Positions 24,810 through 32,000 of a stretch of 32,000 nucleotides of DNA are shown here, one piece after another. The stretch lies in NCBI GenBank assembly GCA_025839675.1, contig CP104013.1, positions 1,440,001-1,472,000 of the forward strand, given 5' to 3'. The notes under the pieces are model-generated. The model had not been told where the DNA came from and searched no databases. It saw nothing but the letters and a program-made list of their open reading frames with translations. How positions within the stretch are numbered: position 1 is the stretch's first letter; each line of letters begins with the position of its first letter. The stretch is from Candidatus Lokiarchaeum ossiferum. GTDB taxonomy: Archaea > Asgardarchaeota > Lokiarchaeia > Sigyniarchaeales > Promethearchaeaceae. The position numbers and the translations under genes are program-made.

Positions 24810-24856
24810 TTTAGATTCAGTAATGTAATTAAGAATCTTATGAAAATTTTGATTCT

Positions 24857-25123
24857 ATGTTCGAATTGAGCATACTCAAGGAAGAAATTACTATGGTATA
24901 TCAAGCTAAATATGTTCGGGTCTCGAAAATTCGAGATTTGCTAGTTGAAGGAGAAACAAAAATTCGAGTAGCAGGCGACGCCAAAGAAAAAGTAAACGAA
25001 TATTTGGATAAAGCTATTGAAGCAGCAGTCAAAGAATTAATTGACAAACTTCCTCGCAAGAGCAAAGGGTCCTCTAAAGGCGAATTAAAACGAATCACAA
25101 TTCAAACTCAAGATTTTGAATAA
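24857..25123 (+). CDS. Small histone-fold-like protein (DUF1931-like pattern)
   Basis: VSKIRDLLVEGETKIRVAGDAKEKVNEYLDKAIEAAVKELIDKL...KRITIQTQDFE fits the helix1-loop-long helix2-loop-short helix3 histone-fold layout. A second in-frame ATG at 24893 (MVYQAKYV) is preceded by AAGGAAG and may be the true start. Confidence 0.5.
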   Translation: MFELSILKEEITMVYQAKYVRVSKIRDLLVEGETKIRVAGDAKEKVNEYLDKAIEAAVKELIDKLPRKSKGSSKGELKRITIQTQDFE

Positions 25124-25130
25124 TTTTTTT
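25124..25130 (+). terminator. T7 tract immediately after the histone-fold gene stop
   Basis: taaTTTTTTTaatc directly follows the stop at 25123. Confidence 0.35.
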
Positions 25131-25202
25131 AATCTTTCCTAGATTGAAGCAACAATTCATGATTTTGAAACTTTTTTATTCTCTTCTAACTTTTCTTCTC
25201 CA

Positions 25203-26777
25203 ATGATTAAGGATAATCAACTTGATACTTTGGTCGGTGAATTAGTAACAGCAGGATTTGAAAATATTGCATCAATGAGATTAAGCGATAAAAAAAAGTG
25301 GATGCAATCTGGGTGGGCTATGGTAGTGAATAATCCAATCATGGCTAGCACGGTTCACGATTGTTCTTTATTACATTTTACTCCACGTTTATTGTTAAGA
25401 CCTGTGAACCTTGATCAATTAAAACTGATCGTTCTTAGTTGTGTTAAAAAAAAGATCCCAATATCATTTGCCAGTGGAAAAACAGGACTTTCAGGGGGAT
25501 TTACCAGTCCATTTGTAGTAGTAGATATGGAATCATTACATACCATACCAAAACCATATTTCATGAATATGAATGAGAAGTTTATTGAAGTTGATCAAAA
25601 TGTGCTAGTCGCAGAATTAATCCGTAGAGTACAACAAGACACACATACAAAATTTATATTTCCCGCCCAACCAAGTAGTTCTTTCAAGCTTCCCGTCATG
25701 ATCGGAGGATTAATTGCCACTAATGCAAGTGGAGTCATTGCCGGAAAGCTGGGTCCAATAAAAGAATGGATTATTTCAATAGAGATTCTCACCCCCCAAG
25801 GAGAACAAAAAACAATTTTAGCTCAAGATCCTGATATTGGAAAATATATTGGAGGTGAAGGAAGATTTGGAATAATTCTGAATGCTAAAATTCGAATTGC
25901 ACCCAATGAATCCACAAATGATGCTCGATTACTATTTGGCGATGATTTAGAAACTGCCTTTACTGGGTTGCAATCTGTCCAGGATGAAAAAATTTTTCCA
26001 TTGTCCAGCGAATTTATATTATCTGAATCAACACTACCCGGCAAATTTGGAGCGTTATTCAAGGATCGTCCTGTTAAGTGGGCAATTTTGTTACGGGGTA
26101 ATAAAAACGAACTGGAACAATTTGAAAGTTATGTAGCGAAACACACCAAACTACAAAGTGTTCATTTATCTAATGAAGAATATCAAGCTTACTTAGAGGA
26201 ACGCACAGCATTGGCAACCCAAACAAGGAGTCAAAATTCAGATGATTCTTTTATACTGTATCCTGGATTTGAGGATGTCTTGATGCAGCCACAATTTGCC
26301 TTTAAAATATTCAATGAAGTAAATGAAATACTTACTCGAAATGATTTCCCCCAAGTGATGGTGGGATATGGGCACATCAATTTTCGCCAAGGACTAGGAA
26401 TATTAATGCACTTGAGAGTCCCCGTTTCAATAAATCAATTGATTGAAGATCGACAAACTATGTTTCACAGGATCGCAAAGACTGTTGCTGAAATGAATGT
26501 AAATTTCATTGAAAAATATGACATTATTCCAAAAGCAGAACATGCAATAGGAATGATCTTCCCATGGCGAAACCGGAATGATATTGCTAACATATTGAAC
26601 CAAATCAACAAAAAAGAAATGTTTCCATCACCCCATGTAAAAATTTTCCAAGAAGTTTGTGAAAGATTGCAAATCCCTTTAGATAGACCTTTCACAACCA
26701 AAAATAGCATCAATTCTCTAACCGAGTATTACTACTGCTATCTTATGGGAAAATTGGACATTATTTACGGAGAATAA
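25203..26777 (+). CDS. FAD-linked oxidase (PCMH/FAD_binding_4 type; GlcD / D-lactate dehydrogenase-like)
   Basis: LLLRPVNLDQLKLIVLSCVKKKIPISFASGKTGLSGGF...VVVDMESL, GGLIATNASGV and GGEGRFGIILNAKIRI match the FAD-binding PCMH domain signatures. 524 aa. Confidence 0.75.
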   Translation: MIKDNQLDTLVGELVTAGFENIASMRLSDKKKWMQSGWAMVVNNPIMASTVHDCSLLHFTPRLLLRPVNLDQLKLIVLSCVKKKIPISFASGKTGLSGGFTSPFVVVDMESLHTIPKPYFMNMNEKFIEVDQNVLVAELIRRVQQDTHTKFIFPAQPSSSFKLPVMIGGLIATNASGVIAGKLGPIKEWIISIEILTPQGEQKTILAQDPDIGKYIGGEGRFGIILNAKIRIAPNESTNDARLLFGDDLETAFTGLQSVQDEKIFPLSSEFILSESTLPGKFGALFKDRPVKWAILLRGNKNELEQFESYVAKHTKLQSVHLSNEEYQAYLEERTALATQTRSQNSDDSFILYPGFEDVLMQPQFAFKIFNEVNEILTRNDFPQVMVGYGHINFRQGLGILMHLRVPVSINQLIEDRQTMFHRIAKTVAEMNVNFIEKYDIIPKAEHAIGMIFPWRNRNDIANILNQINKKEMFPSPHVKIFQEVCERLQIPLDRPFTTKNSINSLTEYYYCYLMGKLDIIYGE

Positions 26778-26782
26778 ATAAA

Positions 26783-27598
26783 ATGAAATATACTAGAGGC
26801 TTCTTCTTAGAAGGAAAATATCCCTATGTTAGGTATGGATCAGGATCCCAAAAAATAGTAATTTTTCCACCTACCCAAGAATTAATCTTCAGCATTGCAC
26901 AAAATCCAGAAAAACAATTAAAAAATTATGTGAAAATGCTTTCCCCTCTAGAAGATTTTTCATTGTACATTTTAGGGTACGACAAGACCATTTCTGAAAA
27001 GCAATGGTGTCGCGATGTCGCCAAAGATTTTGCAATTTTTATAAAAGATTTGGGCCCAGTGGTTATTGTCGGAATTTCCTATGGTGGAGCCATTGCTATT
27101 CCATTTGCAGAACAAAATCCAGAGTTAACCAAGAAACTATTATTGATTGTTTCAGCCTATGGATTGTCTGATGATGGAGTAGATTTTTGTAAGGATTTTA
27201 TTCGTTTGGCTAAAACTAAAGGATTTCGTGAAGTACAAAGGAAAATGGATAACTTGAGCAATAAATGGTGGATTCGAACTCTGCTAAATATAACCACAAC
27301 ATTACAATGGCATACCCGAAAACAGTCCATTAACCCAGCAAGCACATTTATTAATGCTTACACTCATATTTCAACCTATCCAGTAGGATTAAAACGACAT
27401 TTGAAGGGAATTAAAGCGCCCACGTTGATCCTTGGAGGGACCCAAGATCAATTTTTTTCAAAAGAGCGATACCAGGAAACTGCGGCTTTGATTCCTAATG
27501 CCACCTTGGAATTGTACGAAGGGCGAAGCCATGTTTTACCCTTAGAATGTTATAAAACGATTCAAAAATGTGCGACAAAATTCCTTATGGAAAAATAG
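26783..27598 (+). CDS. Alpha/beta-fold hydrolase
   Basis: Starts 5 nt after the oxidase stop, so an operon is likely. Nucleophile elbow VVIVGISYGGAIAIPFA (GxSxG), a late Asp (GGTQDQFF) and His (GRSHVLPLE) fit a Ser-Asp-His triad. Confidence 0.8.
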   Translation: MKYTRGFFLEGKYPYVRYGSGSQKIVIFPPTQELIFSIAQNPEKQLKNYVKMLSPLEDFSLYILGYDKTISEKQWCRDVAKDFAIFIKDLGPVVIVGISYGGAIAIPFAEQNPELTKKLLLIVSAYGLSDDGVDFCKDFIRLAKTKGFREVQRKMDNLSNKWWIRTLLNITTTLQWHTRKQSINPASTFINAYTHISTYPVGLKRHLKGIKAPTLILGGTQDQFFSKERYQETAALIPNATLELYEGRSHVLPLECYKTIQKCATKFLMEK

Positions 27599-27689
27599 TG
27601 TTTTTGATCTAATTCCCCTTTTTTTGTTCAATTTGAGAAATTAGCTTTTTATTATTTTAGGGGAAAGTGAACATAATTTTGATTTAGGT

Positions 27690-29441
27690 ATGAATTTTCT
27701 AAATCAGGTGAAAAATATGGTTTTATTAAATCCAAATAAACTAAATACAACAGAATATCAAGATGAAATCACCAAATCGATTATGACCAAGACTATTAAT
27801 TGGTTTGAAAACAAAGGACGATTACAATTAAAGAAGGATCACCATGAACGTACATGGTATCGTGATTTTTTAGATTTTCTACATGAAGAACAAATTTTTG
27901 CAAACTTATTAACCCCTCCTCAATATGGAGATCCAGGTACACGTTGGGATACTTTCCGAAATAATCAAATGAGTGAAATTTTAGGATTTTATGGATTAAG
28001 TTTTTGGTATACTTGGCAAGTGTCGATTTTAGGACTGGGTCCAGTATGGATATCTCATAATGAAAAAATAAAGAATCACACCGCAAAATTGTTACAAGAT
28101 GGCGGTATCTTCGGATTTGGCCTCTCTGAAAAAGAACATGGAGCAGATATCTATTCTAGCGATTTAACACTGACAAAACAAGAAGATGGAACCTATTTCG
28201 CCAATGGGAATAAATACTACATTGGAAATGGAAATGAAGGGGCATTGATTTCAATCTTTGGGAAAATGGAGAACATTGGTGAAGTGGAAGACAAACGCTT
28301 TGGGAAATATGTCTTCTTCCCAGTAAGCACTCAACATGAGAAATATGAAGTGGTTAAAAATGTGATTGATTCGCAAATGTTTGTCGCAGAATACAAACTA
28401 AATGATTATCCTATTTTAGAAGATGAAATTTTAGCGAAGGGACAAGAAGCTTGGAATATGGCCTTGAACACAGTGAATATCGGGAAATTTAACTTGGGAT
28501 GGGGATCCATTGGAATTTGTACCCATGCATTTTATGAAGCCATTGATCATGCCACCCACCGAATTTTGTATGGACATCCTGTGAGTGATTTCCCCCATAT
28601 TCAACAATATTTTGTGCAAGCCTATGCACGCTTAGTTGCCATGAAAACCTTTGCCCAACGAGCAACAGATTACATGCGAGCAGCTTCACCAGAAGATCGA
28701 AGATATTTGTTGTTCAACCCACTTGTGAAGTGTTATGTTACTTCTCAAGGTGAAGAAGTTATAGATCTCTTGTGGGACATAATAGCTGCTAAGGGATATG
28801 AAAAAGATCAATACTTTGAAAACGCCACAAAACACATTCGGATGTTACCTAAATTGGAAGGAACAGTCCATGTCAATATGGCGTTGGTTGTAAAATTTGT
28901 GGAGAATTTCTTCTTCAATAAAGCCAATCTTCCCGAAGTTCCCAAAATGGACCAACCTATCAATGATGATTTCTTATTTAATCAACCTGCCGCAAAAGGG
29001 TTGAGAAAAATAGTCTTCCATGATTTTAATAAAGCCTTTGAGAATGTTGATATCCCAAATGTTCTTATATTCAAAGAACAAATCTTATTATTTGAAGAAT
29101 TTTTGAAAACCGCTGCCCCCACAAAACTTCAAAGCAAAGATTTTGATTTTGTTTTGATCTTTGGATTTCTCTTTACGCAGATTGTTTATGGTGAACTAAT
29201 TTTAGAAAATCAAAGATATTCAGCCTTAAATGAAGATCTCATTAATCAGATCTTTGAATTTATAGTGCAAGACTTTTCGAAATACGCAGTAAAGCTCTAT
29301 TCCAAACCGACATGCACTGAAACACAAATGAACCTGCTCTTACAAATGGTCAAGAAACCTGCTTTGAATGAGGAAGGATTTGCAAAAGTATGGCAAAATT
29401 TCGTGTTTCCATTGAAAAATAGCTATACAATGCAGGAATAA
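27690..29441 (+). CDS. Acyl-CoA dehydrogenase family protein (long form, 583 aa)
   Basis: GFGLSEKEHGADIYSSDLTLTKQEDGTYFANGNKYYIGNGNEGALISIFG is the ACAD middle beta-domain signature. The C-terminal domain has PKLEGTVHVN, with Glu at the MCAD-type catalytic-base position. There is extra C-terminal sequence beyond the canonical ACAD core. Confidence 0.8.
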   Translation: MNFLNQVKNMVLLNPNKLNTTEYQDEITKSIMTKTINWFENKGRLQLKKDHHERTWYRDFLDFLHEEQIFANLLTPPQYGDPGTRWDTFRNNQMSEILGFYGLSFWYTWQVSILGLGPVWISHNEKIKNHTAKLLQDGGIFGFGLSEKEHGADIYSSDLTLTKQEDGTYFANGNKYYIGNGNEGALISIFGKMENIGEVEDKRFGKYVFFPVSTQHEKYEVVKNVIDSQMFVAEYKLNDYPILEDEILAKGQEAWNMALNTVNIGKFNLGWGSIGICTHAFYEAIDHATHRILYGHPVSDFPHIQQYFVQAYARLVAMKTFAQRATDYMRAASPEDRRYLLFNPLVKCYVTSQGEEVIDLLWDIIAAKGYEKDQYFENATKHIRMLPKLEGTVHVNMALVVKFVENFFFNKANLPEVPKMDQPINDDFLFNQPAAKGLRKIVFHDFNKAFENVDIPNVLIFKEQILLFEEFLKTAAPTKLQSKDFDFVLIFGFLFTQIVYGELILENQRYSALNEDLINQIFEFIVQDFSKYAVKLYSKPTCTETQMNLLLQMVKKPALNEEGFAKVWQNFVFPLKNSYTMQE

Positions 29442-29455
29442 GTCCCTTCCACCTC

Positions 29456-29462
29456 TTTTTTT
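29456..29462 (+). terminator. T7 tract after the first ACAD gene
   Basis: cctcTTTTTTTaatt lies 15 nt after the stop at 29441. Confidence 0.35.
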
Positions 29463-29621
29463 AATTACTTTTTCAACCCTTATTCAAAATAACTAACCAT
29501 TTAAACGAATCATCAAATGATGATTTGATTAATTTACCTTTTTTCAAAAAAAAAAAGAAAGAACCCTTAAAAACTCTCTAAAGAAACATGGGATAATAGT
29601 CATTTTCATAGATTTTTCTTT

Positions 29622-31220
29622 ATGAAAATGATCAAAAGTATGGATGTATTAAAAATGCCTTTAAAATTATCAGAAGCAGTATATGGGAATTTACTTGAAA
29701 AGAACTACAATAAAGCCTTGAGCTTAGGAAATCGATATTCATTTATCAACTCCAATATCTTTCCTTTGTTAAATAAAGAAGAACAGGATCTCTTTATGGG
29801 ATTTCAAGATGTTTGTAAAAAATTATTAAAAGAAGTTAACGTCGATGACGCTTATGAAATCTTACCTAAATTAGGGGAACATTATATGCTCCAACGAATG
29901 AACACCTACGATGGAGTAGTTGGGTCATGTAAACGACAATTATTATTGAATATGGCCGTAAATGGTATGGCTCCTGAAGTAGACATGGCAATGACCGCTT
30001 CTTCTATTTTAGTTGGAAATTCATTGTATCACAACCCAGATCGGAATGACATTCAAGAAAAAGCTCTAAAAGAGATTTATCGGGGAACGAAGGTCGGAGG
30101 TATTGGAATCACCGAACCAGAACATGGCAGCGATGCAGTTAACATGAAGACTACGGCCAAAATTGCTGAAAATGGAGATATTACCTACAATGGAACCAAA
30201 ATATACACCACTAATGGAGCAGTGGCAGATTATTTCAGCACTTATGGAGTAACAGATATTTCAAACCCACGCCGTACTATGATGTTAACCTTATTCAAGC
30301 GAGATGATCCGGGATTATCGACCGAAAGGTTACATATCCCAGCAGCTCATGGAGTAGGAATTGCGAAAGTAAACTATGACAATATTACCGTCACCAAAGA
30401 TCGAATGATTGCACCACCAGGAGAAGGATACAAACGTTTATTCCGTGGTTTGACCCCAGAACGATTTGCCATTACAACTGGAACATTAGGAGGAGTGTGG
30501 CACGCGTTAGCTACTGGAACCATTTATACCCAATTACGCCATCAATTTGGTAAGCCTTTATTCAAATATCAAGGTATCAGCCATGTTTTATCCGACACAT
30601 ATTCCGAACTTTCGGCCTATACCGCTTTTGCAATGCAAATCGCAGACTTCTATGATAAAAAAGTGGGTGAAAAGATTCACCGAGGAGAAACACCTAACGC
30701 CATGGATGAAGCCACGGTTGCAATTTTGGCAGCTCAAGGAAAATACTTAACCACCCGAATGTCCCATCGTGCCACCTATGAAATCGTACAGCTTATGGGA
30801 GGACGTGGAGCAATCGACGAACCTGGTTCCAACAACATCATAAATCGGGGAGAAAATATCTCTAGGTTAATGGAAGTACTCGGAGGACATCGCAATATTC
30901 AACGGATGATTATCGAAATGGGTCTTAAAGCATCCACCTCTATGGCTATCGGCAGCAATATCAAGAAAGCCAAACGAGAACAAGGAAAAGTGGAACAAAA
31001 TATCACTCAACTAGTAATGGCTCGTGCAGAAAAAATGCTCAGTGAAGAAGCACAATTTTTACCTGATGATGAAAAAGCCAATTTGAGCAATGCCGTGAAT
31101 AAATTAAAAGCCGCAGTCGAAACAAATAATAAAATTGAAATGGCGGCCTATGCTCGAGTATTACCCAAAGTTTTATCAAAAGCAGGAAAAGCAGTCTATA
31201 AAGCTAAAAAAGCACAATAA
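29622..31220 (+). CDS. Acyl-CoA dehydrogenase family protein (IVD/LCAD-type base position) with a helical Lys-rich C-terminal extension
   Basis: GGIGITEPEHGSDAVNMKTTAKIAENGDITYNGTKIYTTNGAVADYF is the ACAD signature. GLTPERFAI supplies a Glu where isovaleryl-CoA dehydrogenase has its base. The MCAD-type position reads VLGGHRNIQRMII, with Gly instead of Glu. About 110 extra C-terminal residues. Confidence 0.85.
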   Translation: MKMIKSMDVLKMPLKLSEAVYGNLLEKNYNKALSLGNRYSFINSNIFPLLNKEEQDLFMGFQDVCKKLLKEVNVDDAYEILPKLGEHYMLQRMNTYDGVVGSCKRQLLLNMAVNGMAPEVDMAMTASSILVGNSLYHNPDRNDIQEKALKEIYRGTKVGGIGITEPEHGSDAVNMKTTAKIAENGDITYNGTKIYTTNGAVADYFSTYGVTDISNPRRTMMLTLFKRDDPGLSTERLHIPAAHGVGIAKVNYDNITVTKDRMIAPPGEGYKRLFRGLTPERFAITTGTLGGVWHALATGTIYTQLRHQFGKPLFKYQGISHVLSDTYSELSAYTAFAMQIADFYDKKVGEKIHRGETPNAMDEATVAILAAQGKYLTTRMSHRATYEIVQLMGGRGAIDEPGSNNIINRGENISRLMEVLGGHRNIQRMIIEMGLKASTSMAIGSNIKKAKREQGKVEQNITQLVMARAEKMLSEEAQFLPDDEKANLSNAVNKLKAAVETNNKIEMAAYARVLPKVLSKAGKAVYKAKKAQ

Positions 31221-31225
31221 TTACC

Positions 31226-31232
31226 TTTTTTT
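31226..31232 (+). terminator. T7 tract after the second ACAD gene
   Basis: taccTTTTTTTgattttcttttttctc begins 6 nt after the stop at 31220. Confidence 0.35.
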
Positions 31233-31345
31233 GATTTTCTTTTTTCTCAAGTTTTTTCCGTTTTTTCCCCCCTTATACTAAAAAAATATTAATTACATCT
31301 TAGCTATGATATGTATAAATAAGTAGAAATGATAGGGTGATATTT

Positions 31346-32000
31346 TTGGAAGAAAATAATGATCATGATCAAGAAAATGGAAATGATAAAGTAATCGACA
31401 CAGAAGATACACAAATAGACCAAGAAATTAAGCCTTCTGATGTTATTGAGGATGATTCACAAGTCGAAGAAGGAGAATCAACCCCAACAGACGATTCTGA
31501 TTCACAATGGGAAGCCACTTTAGAAGATAAAATGGGCTCCAAAAAAATGAAAAAAGCGTTAAAGAAGGAAAAACGCCAAGAATTCAAAGAAAAACTCCGC
31601 CTGAAGAAGCAAGAATTAAATGCGAAATCTGCTGAAAAAGTGGAAGGAGAATTATTAAAGGTGTTAGATAAAAAAGTTATTATCTATACAATTTTATTTT
31701 TGGTTGGTGCGGGACTGATTTTGTTCTTTGGAACAAATCAAAATAAACCTATAACTATCACAATCTCCTTTATTGCGATAATTGGGGTCTCTATGCTCTA
31801 TTTTCTCTCAAGGTTTCCAAAAATCCATGATTTGATGTTTTCCCAAGGACGTATATTTAGAAAAATTCTACTAAATATTTTCGCTTATGGAATTGGATTT
31901 GGAATTTATATGGCATTCATTTATGGATGGGATGAGTTTTGGGGAGAAAAGGCAGAATTTTTAGTTTTTGAATCCCTATTTGGACTACTTTTACCATTAA
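31346..32000 (+). CDS. Hypothetical membrane protein, partial (acidic N-terminus, basic helix, at least 4 TM segments; runs off the window end)
   Basis: Absent from the track because it has no stop. The frame is open from 31319 to 32000. Possible starts are GTG 31337, TTG 31346 and ATG 31532. Translation: ...EDDSQVEEGESTPTDDSDSQWEATLEDKMGSKKMKKALKKEKRQEFKEKLRLKK...VIIYTILFLVGAGLILFF...ITISFIAIIGVSMLYFL...LLNIFAYGIGFGIYMAFIY. The - strand ORF 31369..31587 is its shadow. Confidence 0.55.
   Translation, partial: MEENNDHDQENGNDKVIDTEDTQIDQEIKPSDVIEDDSQVEEGESTPTDDSDSQWEATLEDKMGSKKMKKALKKEKRQEFKEKLRLKKQELNAKSAEKVEGELLKVLDKKVIIYTILFLVGAGLILFFGTNQNKPITITISFIAIIGVSMLYFLSRFPKIHDLMFSQGRIFRKILLNIFAYGIGFGIYMAFIYGWDEFWGEKAEFLVFESLFGLLLPL

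Noticed and set aside
1-32000. Search for defence islands, toxin-antitoxin pairs, integrases, transposases, rRNA, tRNA or prophage content
   Set aside because: None of the translated ORFs shows the corresponding hallmark motifs, and no cloverleaf-like GC-rich 70-90 nt segment was seen in the spacers. The window reads as core chromosome with lineage-specific orphans.

Overview
AT-rich (about one-third G+C by eye), gene-dense archaeal chromosomal window. I found no rRNA, tRNA, CRISPR array, transposase or integrase. Archaeal origin is supported by an archaeal-type DnaG primase (partial, minus strand at the window start, missing from the ORF track), an archaeosine synthase ArcS plus RaSEA radical-SAM pair, a class I CCA-adding enzyme and an aEF-2-family GTPase. 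The composition, the long Lys-rich low-complexity tails and a possible gelsolin-like protein suggest an Asgard (Loki-type) genome, but that is a guess I cannot test here. Gene order: dnaG(-) | ArsA/Get3-like, arcS, RaSEA (+) | GNAT (+) | EF-2-like (+) | secreted legumain/caspase-fold protease (-) | membrane protein with small upstream ORF (-) <divergent> 730-aa zinc-ribbon tandem-repeat protein (+) | cca and 281-aa orphan (-) | YkgJ-type Cys-cluster protein (+) | uvrA-uvrB (-) | 1.5-kb low-coding AT-rich island with tiny ORFs | histone-fold-like protein (+) | FAD-linked oxidase, alpha/beta hydrolase, two acyl-CoA dehydrogenases (+) | partial membrane protein (+). Most worth a second look: (1) the orphan 730-aa protein at 12589-14781, with a beta-rich N-domain, two zinc-binding modules and 3.5 near-identical 144-bp (48-aa) acidic tandem repeats, divergently paired with a membrane-protein operon; (2) long basic tails on both UvrA (104 aa) and UvrB (74 aa); (3) a stand-alone EF-2-family protein with an altered diphthamide loop; (4) a 281-aa orphan with a gelsolin-like N-terminal pattern, apparently co-transcribed with cca; (5) the 23.3-24.9 kb island with repeated TATA-like modules. 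All functional calls rest on motif recognition by eye, with no database search.
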